64,000 nucleotides of DNA from Macrostomum lignano (lineage: Eukaryota): positions 868,001-932,000 of the forward strand of contig NIVC01000032.1 in NCBI GenBank assembly GCA_002269645.1, read 5' to 3'. How positions within the stretch are numbered: the stretch's first letter is position 1; each line of letters opens with the position of its first letter. The notes under the pieces were generated by a model, which did no database searches, was not told the origin of the DNA, and saw only the letters and a program-made list of their open reading frames with translations. Positions 1-34,577 of this stretch are shown here, in pieces. A program made the translations under genes and the position numbers.

Positions 1-405
<405 letters not shown>

Positions 406-1356
406 TTAATTAACTGGCTACTGACAGTAGTTGATACGACAATACGCGATGTTTTCAAATAAAACCCAATTAAAAATAAACAAGTATGCTAATTCGTCCG
501 TTCGAAATCAGATAGACACCAGAGAGTCTCAGGAGACTCTTTGAAACAAAACTAACGAACAATTTCGATTTCAAGCCGTCAGAGCGGGATTAGCGGATTA
601 GTAGATGTGATCAGCTGACTTGTAGCGATGGCAGTTAACTCGAAAATCATGCATGTAAGTCAATAGTATTTCTAGTCAGCTTTGTGTCGACTGGGCAGAC
701 TAACAGTCGTTCGTAAAATAAATCAACTTTGGCGCTAGCATAGAAGCCAATATACGTAACAGCCCTGCACAGTGACCCAATCAGGCTAATGTAGCGTCCA
801 ATCCCTGGCTTATCGTCACACATCTCGATTTCTCCCTAGCTGCTAGCTGGCCCAGCAACTAAAAAGGCTCCCAAAACCAGATTGATTTTTACACTTAACT
901 GGCCGTAGCTCTGCACTGACCAGGTGAGTGCTTCTTCAACTCTGGTTGTTTTAATTGTGTCCATACGGCATAGTTAAAATTTCTTGTGAAGCTCCAAAAC
1001 AACAGCAGAAACCGCGGTCAACTGACCCCAATTACCGACTGGCAGAGAGACAATTGCATCAACATTGCTATTATTATCATAAATTATGCTAGATTAGAGC
1101 TCGCGTTTAATCAATTTGATCGATTGTTCTCCAAAACTTTTCTATTAATTTGGCAGTAGTCGCGTGTACGGAAACTGGACTGCGGATCACGGAGCAAAAG
1201 CCAACTCAGCGGCCGGTGTATAGTTGTGTACCAAACACAATTGCTTGATTCAATTAGCGATCCAGTTAAAGGCGGAAAAGGAGGGTGAGAGTTGAGAGAG
1301 TGATTATAATAGATTGGCGCGCACGCGTTTCGTTGGTCCTACGTTGCTTCGTCGCC

Positions 1357-22337
<20,981 letters not shown>

Positions 22338-22474
22338 TCGATCGTGATTTTGTTGGAACAACTGATTGATTGCCGATTGATTGGTCATTGATGAGGGAGT
22401 TTTTAATAGAGTCTTAATGTAATAAGAAGCTTTAATACCCCTGGAACCCGGAAATTCCTGTTTTGAGACAGGGT

Positions 22475-22975
22475 ACCTTCTGACAACTGGATTACCTTCT
22501 GACACCTGGATTACCTTCTGGCACCTGGATTACATTCCGACACCTGGATTATCTTCTGACACCTGGATTATTTTCTGACACCTGGATTATCTTCTTGATA
22601 CCTGGATACCTTCTGACACCTGAATTACCTTTTGAAATCTGGATTATCTTCTTGATACCTGGATACCTTCTGACACCTGAATTACCTTTTGAAATCTGGA
22701 TTATCTTCTTGACACCTGGATACCTTCTGACACCTGAATTACCTTTTGAAATCTAGATTATCTTCTGACACCTGGATTATGTTCTGTCAACTGGATTACA
22801 TTCTGACACCTGGATTATCTTCTGCCAAATGGATTACCTTCTGACACCTGGATTACGAGTACCTTCTGTTACATGGATACCTTCTTCTTCTTCTTCTTCT
22901 TGATACATTGATACCTTCTGACACCTGGATTACCTTCTGTCACCTGGATACCTTCTGACACCTCAACATCTTCTG
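22475..22975. repeat. ~19-bp degenerate minisatellite (GGATTACCTTCTGACACCT)
   Basis: Just downstream of the TRPA1 stop; shares the CTGACAC core with the 20733 array. Confidence 0.85.
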
Positions 22976-23619
22976 GCATCGAGACAACCTATGTCGTGAA
23001 AAACCAGATGAAATCTAGATAATCTGACATTTTGTTAGGTTGCTCCTGAGTACCTTCTGGATTACGTCTAGAATTCAATAGCTATGGAGATGTTAAGACA
23101 TGCAAACAATAAATTTTCCTCACGTTACTAGCTCGTAGATGTTGTCAACTGTTTATTTTTGCTAATCTTATTTTGTTTATCAAAACTCTGTCTCTAAGCT
23201 AATTAGCTACATGTAGAACCTGTATTTCAGTGAGAAAACAAATAATCATAAAAATCTTAATAATATCATTTATTTTTGCCTGTCTGTGAGCGGCTGCAAC
23301 TCTTGAGCTCTGGCTCAACGATGTCTAGTCTGGAGGCCCCTTTCCCCGATATTTTTAGTCAACAGGGTAATCTCTGGTACGCTGGTAGATAGATACTCGT
23401 AATCCATCTATTTTCATGGCTGTTTTAAGAAAGCTTATTCAATTTGTGAGATTACGTTCAATTCAAAACTACGAGTTAAAAATGCAGCCAATCGAGTGGA
23501 GAATCCCCAATCGCTTCAGCAGCAGACCCTGCCTCAGAACAGCTTTGGGCCATAGACAATAAAAACAGTCAGGAGGATTCGCATATGGTCCAGTAGAATG
23601 GCGGCAGTAGCGCTCGCAT

Positions 23620-23775
23620 TGATTCCAAGTGCAGTCACATTGATTTGGGGCTAAATTGGAATCTCGGCTTGGCTCTGCTCGTGCAATTAACGGCCTTGAG
23701 GCCCAACCCCCAAGGCACAGTAAAGTGTACATGCCTAACGATAAATAAAGTTAGGGCCGCTCTGACACTTTCTGT
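23620..23775 (+). mobile_element. SINE family B, 5'-truncated
   Basis: GATTCCAAGTGCAGTCACATTGATTTGGGGCTAAATTGGAATCTCGGCTTGG...AAAGTTAGGGCCGC, reverse-complementary to 34091-34250. Confidence 0.7.
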
Positions 23776-24543
23776 CAATTGTGATAGAAAATATAATTTT
23801 GATTGGCTTTATTGTCTATGGCCGAGAGCAGTTAGTTCTGCGTCAGTGTGGCTGGCTCTAATCACTCTTATCTCTCAGTCCTTTTTACAACACATGGGGG
23901 CATTCGCAGACAGGCAATAAACTCACCGTGAGCGCCTAAACCGTCCGGTTCCGTGTTTTAATCTGTAATTATATGCCTTATCGCTTATCAGCGACGATTA
24001 ATTATTTATAAGATGTACTTTTACTAAATACCGGTCTGATTATAACTCTTCGTATTATATTTTTTCACTTATCTATATAAAAAGTTCTAAAAAGATTTTC
24101 TTAAATTTAAGCGCCATGATATTCAGGACACATTCAGATTAGAAAAACTAGCAGCTATGAATATTAGCACTCGATATCGTCTGGTTTAACAACAACTATT
24201 TGGACAAATAAAACAATATAAAGTCAAACGACACACTGCAATGCTTAAAAAGGTCTCCTTTTAATTTGAATTGTTGATTTTTTATTTCAATGATACTAGC
24301 TAACTTTTTGTTGCGCACCTTCTCAAACAAGAATCAAGTCGCCAGCCCTCAGGAACGTCGAGATAATCGAAAATTCTGCCACACGTTCGAATTTTTTTCC
24401 ATAAGCGCCAGTGTATTCAGTACACCCGTTGTGCGCCAATCAGCACTGCACCTCAGTGCACCCTTGCCAAACCACCAAATTTTCACCAGCACATCGACCA
24501 CATGTGCCTGCATCAGCTCGAACTTTGCTGATCACTGGCTTTC

Positions 24544-24848
<305 letters not shown>

Positions 24849-25843
24849 TGAGACAAAAGTAAAATGGGCACTTACAGGCAAATACTTAGATAAAGCTCTA
24901 GTCCAAGAGTTTCATAGTGTCTGCCTGTTCTGCTATATTTAGCCAACTATGAATGCAAAAGCTTTTCCCAGTCCTCCGCAGTGCAATCTGAATTTCCCAT
25001 TGTCCGTCAACACAGGTGTTAAGGGAAGGTATTCCCAAAGCATGGAGCATTAAGCCTGCTTTCCGTTAATCCGCACAGTCAGTCTGCAGACAATAGCCTC
25101 CCTCCGGTAGCTTTATTCAAACTTCCAGTTTTTTATGATGAGTACGGGTACGGGATCTGGCATATATTGATGCCGTAGGATTAGCTAAAACAGCTGTGTC
25201 CCTATCTGCTGTGCACTATGCTCAGCCTTGGCTCCGGAAACAGCGCCGGATCTGAAGTGGTATGGGAATTTTTTTCAGATATAGGAAGCATATTTAAAAG
25301 ACAGATGGAGAAGAGAGGATAGAGGGGTACTGAGGTGAGTGCACCAGCTGCTGGGGAAGGGGGTATCAGAGGCGGCTCCATTCTGCTCCGGCACTCACCC
25401 AGAATCTCTACCCCATCTTTCTATCCGCATCCCCTGCTCTATATTCCCCACTACTGTTCATGGGAGGTGCGCGGTGAGGACGAGAAAAGACGCTGCACTC
25501 CTCGCCCCTGTTGTCCCTCGGTCTCTCCGTTCTCCCTCAGGCGAGCAAAGCCATCCCCCGCCTGTGTCCCTCGCTTTTTCGAGTGTAGAAAAAGCACCCA
25601 CAGGGCAAAGATTGGAGTCTGCAGGTTTGAGAGAAAGAGGAAGTTATAGAGGCCAGCACGCACCCCCACCCCCAGCCAGCCAATCGATTTTCCGTCATTG
25701 CAACGACGGCACCCCATTGCAGCTTCATCTGTAGGACTTGCTGCTCTCCCACACTTCTAAACTCCACATATTTATCCAGCTTAGCTACAGAGTATATCAA
25801 AGAATCGCTCCTGGACCCCATCGGATTAGCCAGCAACAACGAA

Positions 25844-28800
25844 ATGACTGCGACAAGTCTCAATGAGAAACGATCCTACGTTGACGATGAAGGAGGCTCG
25901 TCTCTGCGCAAGAAGCTGGGCTGCTTCCTGGCCCGGTCCAGCGGCCCCGGATGGAAACGCTACGGAGTCGCCTGGCTGAGCTGCTTCGGCCTGATGATAA
26001 TCCTGGCCATGCGCTCCGAGATGGGCATCGCCATCATCAAGATGACCAGGAAGGTGCCGCGCCCAACTCCGGATGGCGGTAAGAACTTCACCGCTGCGCC
26101 GTTCCAGGAGGTGGCCTGGACTCACCTGGACATCGGCATCATCGAGGCCTCGTTCTTCATCGGCTACGCTCTGTTCAGCATCCCAGGCGGCTACATGGCT
26201 TCCTACCTGTCGCCGAATCTGTTGCTAGGCAGCGCCGTCCTCATCACCTGCGTGCTCAACGTCCTGGTACCATCCATGGCCCACGTGACCCCGGCCTCGG
26301 CCGCATTCGGCCTGACCCTGACAGTCCGCCTCATTCAGGGCATGGCCGAGGGCTGCCTCTACCCAGCGGTGCATGGAATCTGGCGCTACTGGGCCCCAGA
26401 GATGGAGCGATCTCGCCTAGCAACTATCAGTTTCTTCGGCATGGCCCTAGGACCGATTGTCGGCCTGCCATTGTCCGGTCTGGTTACCAGCACCCTGAGC
26501 TGGCAGGTAAACTTCTACCTTTACGGCACAGTCGGCTGCGCTTGGGCCGTTGTCTGGTTCCTGCTGGTCCACGAGCAGCCATCGAAGGACCCGCACATCA
26601 GCCGGGCCGAGGCTGCCTACATCGAGGCGCACAGCGCCCCGGCCACGAACTCGGACAGCCTGCCGGTTAGCCAGATGGCCACCTCCCTACCCGTATGGGC
26701 CATTGTGGTGGCCAATGTCGGTCGGAACTGGAGCTTCCAGTTCAGCATGATCGGCCTGCCCGCCTACTATTCAAAGGTGTTCGGCTTGAACTCGGAGGAG
26801 ATCGGCTTGCACCTGATGCTGCCGTTCCTGCTGATGGCGGCGCTGACTCCCGTTGGTGAGCTGGAGTTCAAGTGTCTGAGTTTAGATCTAATTGTCTCTG
26901 AGTTTGGGTCTGATTGTCTCTGAGTTTGGGTCTGATTGTCTCTGAGTTTTGGTCTGATTGTCTCTGAGTTTTGGTCTGATTGTCTCTGAGTTTGGGTCTG
27001 ATTGTCTCTGAGTTTAGGTCTGATTGTCTCTGAGTTCGGATCTAATTGTCTCTGAGTTCTGATTTAATTAGGAGCGCCCACCAAGAGACAGGGGCGCCCA
27101 CCAAGAGACAGGGGCGCCCACCAAGAGACAGGGGCGCCCACCAAGAGACAGGGGCGTCCACCAAGAGACAGGGGCGCCCACCAAGAGACAGGGGCGCCCA
27201 CCAAGAGACAGGGGCGCCCACCAAGAGACAGGGGCGCCCACCAAGAGACAGGGGCGCCCACCAAGAGACAGGGGCGCCCACCAAGAGACAGGGGCGCCCA
27301 CCAAGAGACAGGGGCGCCCACCAAGAGACAGGGGCGCCCACCAAGAGACAGGGGCGCCCACCAAGAGACAGGGGCGCCCACCAAGAGACAGGGGCACCCA
27401 CCAAGAGACAGGGGCACCCACCAAGAGACAGGGGCGCCCACCAAGAGACAGGGGCGTCCACCAAGAGACAGGGGCGCCCACCAAGAGACAGGGGCGCCCA
27501 CCAAGAGACAGGGGCGCCCACCAAGAGACAGGGGCGTCCACCAAGAGACAGGGGCGCCCACCAAGAGACAGGGGCGCCCACCAAGAGACAGGAGCGCCCA
27601 CCAAGAGACAGGGGCGCCCACCAAGAGACAGGGGCGCCCACCAAGAGACAGGGGCGCCCACCAAGAGACAGGGGCGCCCACCAAGAGACAGGGGCGCCCA
27701 CCAAGAGACAGGGGCGCCGACCAAGAGACAGGGGCGCCCACCAAGAGACAGGGGCGCCCACCAAGAGACAGGGGCGCCCACCAAGAGACAGGGGCGCCCA
27801 CCAAGAGACAGGGGCGCCCACCAAGAGACAGGGGCGCCCACCAAGAGACAGGGGCACCCACCAAGAGACAGGGGCACCCACCAAGAGACAGGGGCGCCCA
27901 CCAAGAGACAGGGGCGCCCACCAAGAGACAGGGGCGCCCACCAAGAGACAGGGGCGTCCACCAAGAGACAGGGGCGCCCACCAAGAGACAGGGGCGCCCA
28001 CCAAGAGACAGGAGCGCCCACCAAGAGACAGGGGCGCCCACCAAGAGACAGGAGCGCCCACCAAGAGACAGGGGCGCCCACCAAGAGACAGGGGCGCCCA
28101 CCAAGAGACAGGGGCACCCACCAAGAGACAGGGGCGCCCACCAAGAGACAGGGGCGCCGACCAAGAGACAGGGGCGCCCACCAAGAGACAGGGGCGCCCA
28201 CCAAGAGACAGGGGCGCCCACCAAGAGACAGGGGCGCCCACCAAGAGACAGGGGCGCCCACCAAGAGACAGGGGTGCCCACCAAGAGACAGGGGCGCCCA
28301 CCAAGAGACAGGGGCGCCCACCAAGAGACAGGGGAAATATTGGCGCCCTTAGGGTCCTTAGGGTCCTTAGCCCCTTCGATTAAAGTTCCAGCGTACGCCA
28401 CTGAGTAAATCACTGAGTAAGTCACTGAGTAAGTCACTGAGTAAGTCACTGAGTAAGTCACTGAGTAAGTCACTGAGTAAGTCACTGAGTAAGTCACTGA
28501 GTAAGTCACTGAGTAAGTCACTGAGTAAGTCAGTGAGTAAGTCAGTGAGTAAGTCACTGAGTAAGTCACTGAGTAAGTCACTGAGTAAGTCACTGAGTAA
28601 GTCAGTGAGTAAGTCAGTGAGTAAGTCACTGAGTAAGTCACTGAGTAAGTCACTGAGTAAGTCACTGAGTAAGTCAGTATCAAAATCTCTGAGCATTTCA
28701 AACGCAGGATGGCATCGACCGCCGCCTGCAACAATTCCGCAGTCCCCACCCCTCGGAGGTCTGGTAATCGGCCCAAACCCCAAGACTAGACTCACGTCCA

Positions 28801-29588
28801 TAAGCTAGGCCTACATGTAACTGCAACAAAACAGGATCTTGGCTTTAGGGCCGGATCTAGATTTTATTTAGGTCAAATCAGGGCGTTGCCGTGAGCTTGT
28901 TTTTATTTGGGGGGGGGGGCTGGCTCTAAGAGATGCCTAGACATGCTTTTGCAAATAAATGAAATTATTTTACTAGCCAATGTCATGTCTCATGTCTGTG
29001 GCGTCAACAATCGCCTTCTCAGGTGGCTACCTAGCCGACAATCTCCGAGGCCGCTACCTGTCCACCACGGTCACCCGTCGACTGTTCAACACCGTCGGGT
29101 TCGGCGTGATGGCAGCCAGCTTAGTTGTAGTCGGCATGTCGCGCAGTCTGCACCTGTCCACCGCCTTCTTGACTGTGGGTCTCGGCTTCACTGGCATCGG
29201 CATGTCCGGCTACGCTGTCAATCATCTGGACATTGTGCCAAGATTTGCCGGCTTCCTGATGGGCGTGTCGAACGGTGTCGGCACAGTCTCGGGTGAAGTT
29301 TCAATTCATTCTGCATGGATAGCCGCTTTACTAAACCCATAATCTTCTATTTACATGCACTTATCTGTCTACCTAACTAATAGCCTAAGTACTGTACCAT
29401 GCAATGCCTTCAAAGTCTACTCAAGTAGCAACCACATTGCGTCACATACGCGCCCAACGATCAATAAATATATAAATCAATAAATAAATAAATCAATCAA
29501 TAAATTACTCAATCAGTTAGTCAATCAATCAACCAATCAACCAACCAACCAGCCAATCAATCAATCAATCAGTCAGTCAGTCAATTAG

Positions 29589-29652
<64 letters not shown>

Positions 29653-29654
29653 CC

Positions 29655-29695
<41 letters not shown>

Positions 29696-29740
29696 CCACC
29701 AATCAATCAATAAATAAATCAATCAATCAATCAATCAACC

Positions 29741-29805
<65 letters not shown>

Positions 29806-29818
29806 CCACCAATCAATT

Positions 29819-29887
<69 letters not shown>

Positions 29888-30226
29888 CCACCAATCAATC
29901 AATCAATCAACAAGCAAATCAAATCCGTACTCCCAGGCGTCCTATCGCCAATCATCGCCAGTCGCGTTGCCCGTCACGGCACAGCCGAAGAATGGCAGGC
30001 CGTATTCACCATCGCCTCTGTAGTCCACGTAGCCACTCTGGTGTTCTACTTGTTCTGCTCGTCTGGGGAAAAGCAGTCCTGGGCCAGTCCTGGTGAGACG
30101 GAGCGTCTGATTGACAACTCTGGAGAAGGTATGCGAATGCAACACGGCACCGCTAGCGCTGGAGGTGATGGTCTCAGCATGAGCGCTGGGCCGAATGCCA
30201 CTGAGGAAGAGACTGTGTCCTACTGA
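25844..30226 (+). CDS. VGLUT: SLC17 vesicular glutamate transporter-like (MFS) protein, 3 coding exons, 523 aa
   Basis: Exons 25844-26855, 29023-29292, 29937-30226 join in frame. Motifs RYGVAWLSCFG..MRSEMG, SFFIGY, RLIQGMAEGCLYPAVHGIW, ANVGRNWSF, GGYLADNLR, NHLDIVPRFAGFLMG and EWQAVFTIAS...SGEKQSWA match the VGLUT clade. The frame is open upstream of the ATG, so an additional 5' exon is possible. Confidence 0.88.
26874..27062. repeat. 22-bp minisatellite (TGATTGTCTCTGAGTTTGGGTC)
   Basis: About 8 copies beginning shortly after the exon 1 donor of the SLC17 gene. Confidence 0.88.
27075..28403 (-). mobile_element. Reverse-oriented MITE copy with greatly expanded 20-bp array (CCAAGAGACAGGGGCGCCCA, ~63 copies)
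   Basis: The minus strand reads CAGTGGCGTACGCTGGAACTTTAATCGAAGGGG..., homologous to the leaders at 5443, 12715 and 34578; array 27075-28334; the other terminus was not found. Confidence 0.8.
28399..28677. repeat. 12-bp tandem array (CACTGAGTAAGT, ~23 copies)
   Basis: The first unit overlaps the terminal CACTG of the adjacent MITE TIR. Confidence 0.93.
29460..29915. repeat. (AATC)n microsatellite in SLC17 intron 2
   Basis: Tetramer array with CAACCAC interruptions. Confidence 0.93.
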
Positions 30227-30254
30227 TGGCGATGAGAAGGTGACTCACGGGATT

Positions 30255-31260
30255 GACAACTGAGTGTTGAGAGACTCAAGGGTTGGATCTGAGTCTCTCA
30301 ACAGAGAGAGAGATTCAGAGGTTGGAATCTGAGTTTTAAAGAACTCAGGGGTTGGAATTCGAGTATGGGAATACGACGTCTCAGATTTTTCTCAAAGTTA
30401 GATTTAGTGTTGTGAGAGACTCAGGGGTTGGAATCCGAGTGTTGAGAGAGACTCAGGGGTTGGAATCCGAGTGTTGAGAGAGACTCAGGGGTTGGAATCT
30501 GAGTGCTGGAGACTCGGGAGTTAGAATCTGAGTATTAAGAGACTCAGGGGTTGGAGTCAGAGTGCTGGAGACTCGGGAGTTAGAATCTGAGTATTAAGAG
30601 ACTCAGGGGTTGGAGTCAGAGTGCTGGAGACTCGGGAGTTAGAATCTGAGTATTAAGAGACTCAGGGGTTGGAATCTGAGTGCTGGAGACTCGGGAGTTA
30701 GAATCTGAGTATTAAGAGACTCAGGGGTTGGAATCTGAGTGCTGGAGACTCGGGAGTTAGAATCTGAGTATTAAGAGACTCAGGGGTTGGAGTCAGAGTG
30801 CTGGAGACTCGGGAGTTAGAATCTGAGTATTAAGAGACTCAGGGGTTGGAATCTGAGTGCTGGAGACTCGGGAGTTAGAATCTGAGTATTAAGAGACTCA
30901 GGGGTTGGAATCTGAGTGCTGGAGACTCGGGAGTTAGAATCTGAGTATTAAGAGACTCAGGGGTTGGAGTCAGAGTGCTGGAGACTCGGGAGTTAGAATC
31001 TGAGTATTAAGAGACTCAGGGGTTGGAATCTGAGTGCTGGAGACTCGGGAGTTAGAATCTGAGTATTAAGAGACTCAGGGGTTGGAATCTGAGTGCTGGA
31101 GACTCGGGAGTTAGAATCTGAGTATTAAGAGACTCAGGGGTTGGAATCTGAGTGCTGGAGACTCGGGAGTTAGAATCTGAGTATTAAGAGACTCAGGGGT
31201 TGGAATCTGAGTGCTGGAGACTCGGGAGTTAGAATCTGAGTATTAAGAGACTCAGGGGTT
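30255..31260. repeat. 59-bp higher-order repeat of two ~29-30-bp subunits
   Basis: CTCAGGGGTT recurs at a 59-bp period (e.g. 30661, 30720); the subunits share GAGACTC...GTT.GAATCTGAGT. Confidence 0.9.
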
Positions 31261-31924
31261 GCAATGCGGCTGAAAAGCTTGGAACCTATAGCAAATCCTA
31301 CAAAAAGCCCATAAACTATCGCGCAAGATAAAAGTGCAAATTTTTGTCCACTTTAGCTTGTTGTTAATCTAAGAATTTAATTGCTATCCCTACATCCAAG
31401 GTATACTTATTTAGGAAGTCGTATATCAATGTGTTGTTAATCTCTATTTAGATCTGTTTCTTCATCGTTAATCTCACGTTTAGAGAAAACTCAGTATTGT
31501 TAAAATGCCTATAATGCTTAGAGTTGTTTTTCGGAAAAATGTATATACATGTAGTTAATCCAAAACCTTTTTTTGTGAGTTCACTTCCTTTCTGTTCACA
31601 AAAATGGTTTAACTACTGACCGTCAAAGAAAAATAATTATTTTAGCTTTCTATGCAAGAAATTTGCACTTTTTATTCAGCACAGTTTCAATCTATGTTGT
31701 CAGTGCTTGTGCATATCAATATTATACGGGCGTATACACACTTATAGATATAATTTTGCGATAATGTCATACGTATATCTTTAAATGTTCTTTTGCTAGC
31801 TGATTTTCATTACTATATATCGTTACTTGCTGTTAACCACTTAATGGCATTAGAAATGTTAAATTGGTGTTTATAGAGATGCACATTACCGTTTTGTTTG
31901 GAGTAAGATGGCCTAACCTAATTA

Positions 31925-33385
31925 AAACACTTACCACCCCAAAAACACCCACCACCCCAAAAACATCCACCACCCCAGAAACATGCACCCACCACCCCAG
32001 AAACACCCAACCCCAAAAACACCCACCACCCCAGAAACACCCACCACCCCAGAAACACCCAACCCCAAAAACACCCACCACCCCAGAAACACCCACCACC
32101 CCAAAAACACTCACCACCCCAGAAACACCCACCACCCCAAAAACACCCAACCCCAAAAACACCCACCACCCCAAAAACATCCACCACCCCAGAAACATGC
32201 ACCCACCACCCCAGAAACACCCAACCCCAAAAACACCCACCACCCCAGAAACACCCACCACCCCAGAAACACCCACCACCCCAGAAACACCCAACCCCAA
32301 AAACACCCACCACCCCAGAAACACCCACCACCCCAAAACATCCACCACCCAGAAACACCCACCACCCCAGAAACACCCACCACCCCAAAAACATTCACCA
32401 CCCCAGAAACACCCAACCCCAAAAACACCCACCACCCCAGAAACACCCACCACCCCAAAAACACCCACCACCCAGAAACACCCAACCCCAAAAACACCCA
32501 CCACCCCAAAAACATTCACCACCCCAGAAACACCCACCACCCCAAAAACATTCACCACCCCAGAAACACCCAACCCCAAAAACACCCACCACCCCAGAAA
32601 CAACCACCACCCCAAAAACACCCACCACCCAGAAACACCCAACCCCAAAAACATCCACCACCCCAGAAACACCCAGCACCCCAAAACATCCACCACCCAG
32701 AAACACCCACCACCCCAGAAACACCCACCACCCCAAAAACATTCACCACCCCAGAAACACCCACCACCCCAAAACATCCACCACCCCAGAAACAACCAAC
32801 CCCAAAAACACCCACCACCCCAAAAACACCCACCACCCCAGAAACACCCACCACCCCAGAAACACCCACCACCCCAGAAACATCCACCACCCAAAAACAC
32901 CCACCACCCCAGAAACACCCACCACCCCAAAAACATCCACCACCCAGAAACACCCGACCCCAAAAACACCCACCAACCTAGAAACACCCACCACCCCAAA
33001 AACACCCACCAACCTAGAAACACCCACCACCCAAAAACACCCACCACCCCAGAAACACCCAACCCAAAATCACCCACCACCCCAGAAACACCCAACCCCA
33101 AAAACACCCACCACCCCAGAAACACCCAACCCCAAAAACACCCACCACCCCAGAAACACCCAACCCCAAATACACCCACCACCCCAGAAACACCCAACCC
33201 CAAATACACCCACCACCCCAGAAACACCCAACCCCAAAAACATCCACCACCCCAGAAACACCCAACCCCAAAAACACCCACCACCCCAAAAGCGCCCCGG
33301 CCACTACCCCAAAAAGACCCAACCACCTCATAAGCAAACCCACCACTCTAAAAACACCCATCAACCAAAACATCTGCCACCACCA
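31925..33385. repeat. Complex C/A-rich minisatellite (CACCCACCACCCCAGAAA / CACCCAACCCCAAAAA units)
   Basis: Intergenic; the minus strand is rich in GGGG/GGG runs. Confidence 0.92.
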
Positions 33386-34090
33386 AATTTTTTTCCGAAA
33401 AAAATATGCAAAAATCTATTATTTTTCTCCATGTTTTTCAAAAAATTGTGTCTAACGATTTTTATTTTCCGTGTTTTTTATTTAAAAGAATTTAAAATTA
33501 GTTCTGATAAAGCTTTTCGGTGTCTATGTTGGTCTGGATATTATATTCATTAGGTCGAAAAAGCAAAAATTTTGCATTTTTGCGACTGTTCCCCACGAAC
33601 TGTAGTCCGCTCTGAGAAATAACTGCCATTTTATCTCGAATATAGCTTATAAAATGCGAGTTTTATTTCAAATCCATTTTGTCTTGCGTAACCGTGTCAA
33701 AGAAGATTTAAAATGAAATAAAATATACACAAAATGTTATTTAGTTCACATTGCCAGCGCTTTTTCGTGTTTTAACTGTCTCGGCATCGCAAAATAGCTT
33801 TTCAATTTTATTCATTTACATTTTCATAACAGTATTTTAGGTCTTATTGTTCATCTGTCACTCCTAGATCATCAGTTGCTAGGCTAGCCTCCCAGTTCCT
33901 CAGAATTGTTACTATCAGTAGTAGAAAAAATGATAAAATACATTTTTTATTAGAGGCAGGGGGTTGTGTGCGCCCTGGCGCACTTTAAGAGACATTGGCA
34001 CACAACCGGCGAGAGGCATTACTGCCCATTCCGCCGACTCCCCTGAGCAGGCATACAAGCGCGCGGATACGTACGCAGGCACACACTCAC

Positions 34091-34287
34091 ACAGGAGTGT
34101 ACAGCGGCCCTAACTTTATATTATCGTTGGGCATGTACACTTCACTGTGCCTTGGGGGGTTGGCTCTCAAGGCCGTTAATTGCACGAGCAGAGCCAAGCC
34201 GAGATTCCAATTCAGCCCCAAATTAATGTGACTGCACTTGGAATCGAGCCTGGGTCGCTGGCTAGACCGCTGGGCTACGCCCCCCCC
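34091..34287 (-). mobile_element. SINE family B, most complete copy
   Basis: Minus strand GGGGGGGCGTAGCCCAGCGGTCTAGCC (A-box-like)...CCAGGCTCGATTCC (B-box-like), followed by the family body. Confidence 0.72.
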
Positions 34288-34577
34288 ATAAAATACATAA
34301 GTTATATTAAAAAAAAAAAAATTCTGCACAAGCATGCGAATAAATTTTTGGATCGCAATTTCAGCTCCGCACTGCAACGATATGAAGAATGCTGTATATT
34401 TAAAACACCATTGATTAAAAAAACTGCAAAAAGCACGCAGCTCAATGAGAACGCATTACAATTATTTTTCGTATTGTTAAAAAATCAAAAACCAATCAAA
34501 GTCTGAGTGCAGCCAGAAAAATGAAAAAAACTATTTTGCTAGATGATAGACTTATTGACAAATACCTTAGGATTTAA

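Noticed and set aside
1285-1356. GTG-initiated N-terminal extension of TRPA1
   Set aside because: The ATG at 1357 has a good GCCATGG context; there is no support for the upstream non-AUG start.
25335-25734. ORFs upstream of the SLC17 gene
   Set aside because: No family motifs; the region more likely contains 5' UTR exon/intron sequence (candidate donor GTGAGT at 25335).
27042-28801. ORFs of 418-570 aa across the 20-bp array
   Set aside because: Open in multiple frames on both strands; purely repeat-derived and intronic.
31833-33373. Pro/Thr/His-rich mucin- or extensin-like ORFs
   Set aside because: All frames are open because of the C/A-only composition; no signal peptide, splice context or unique domain.
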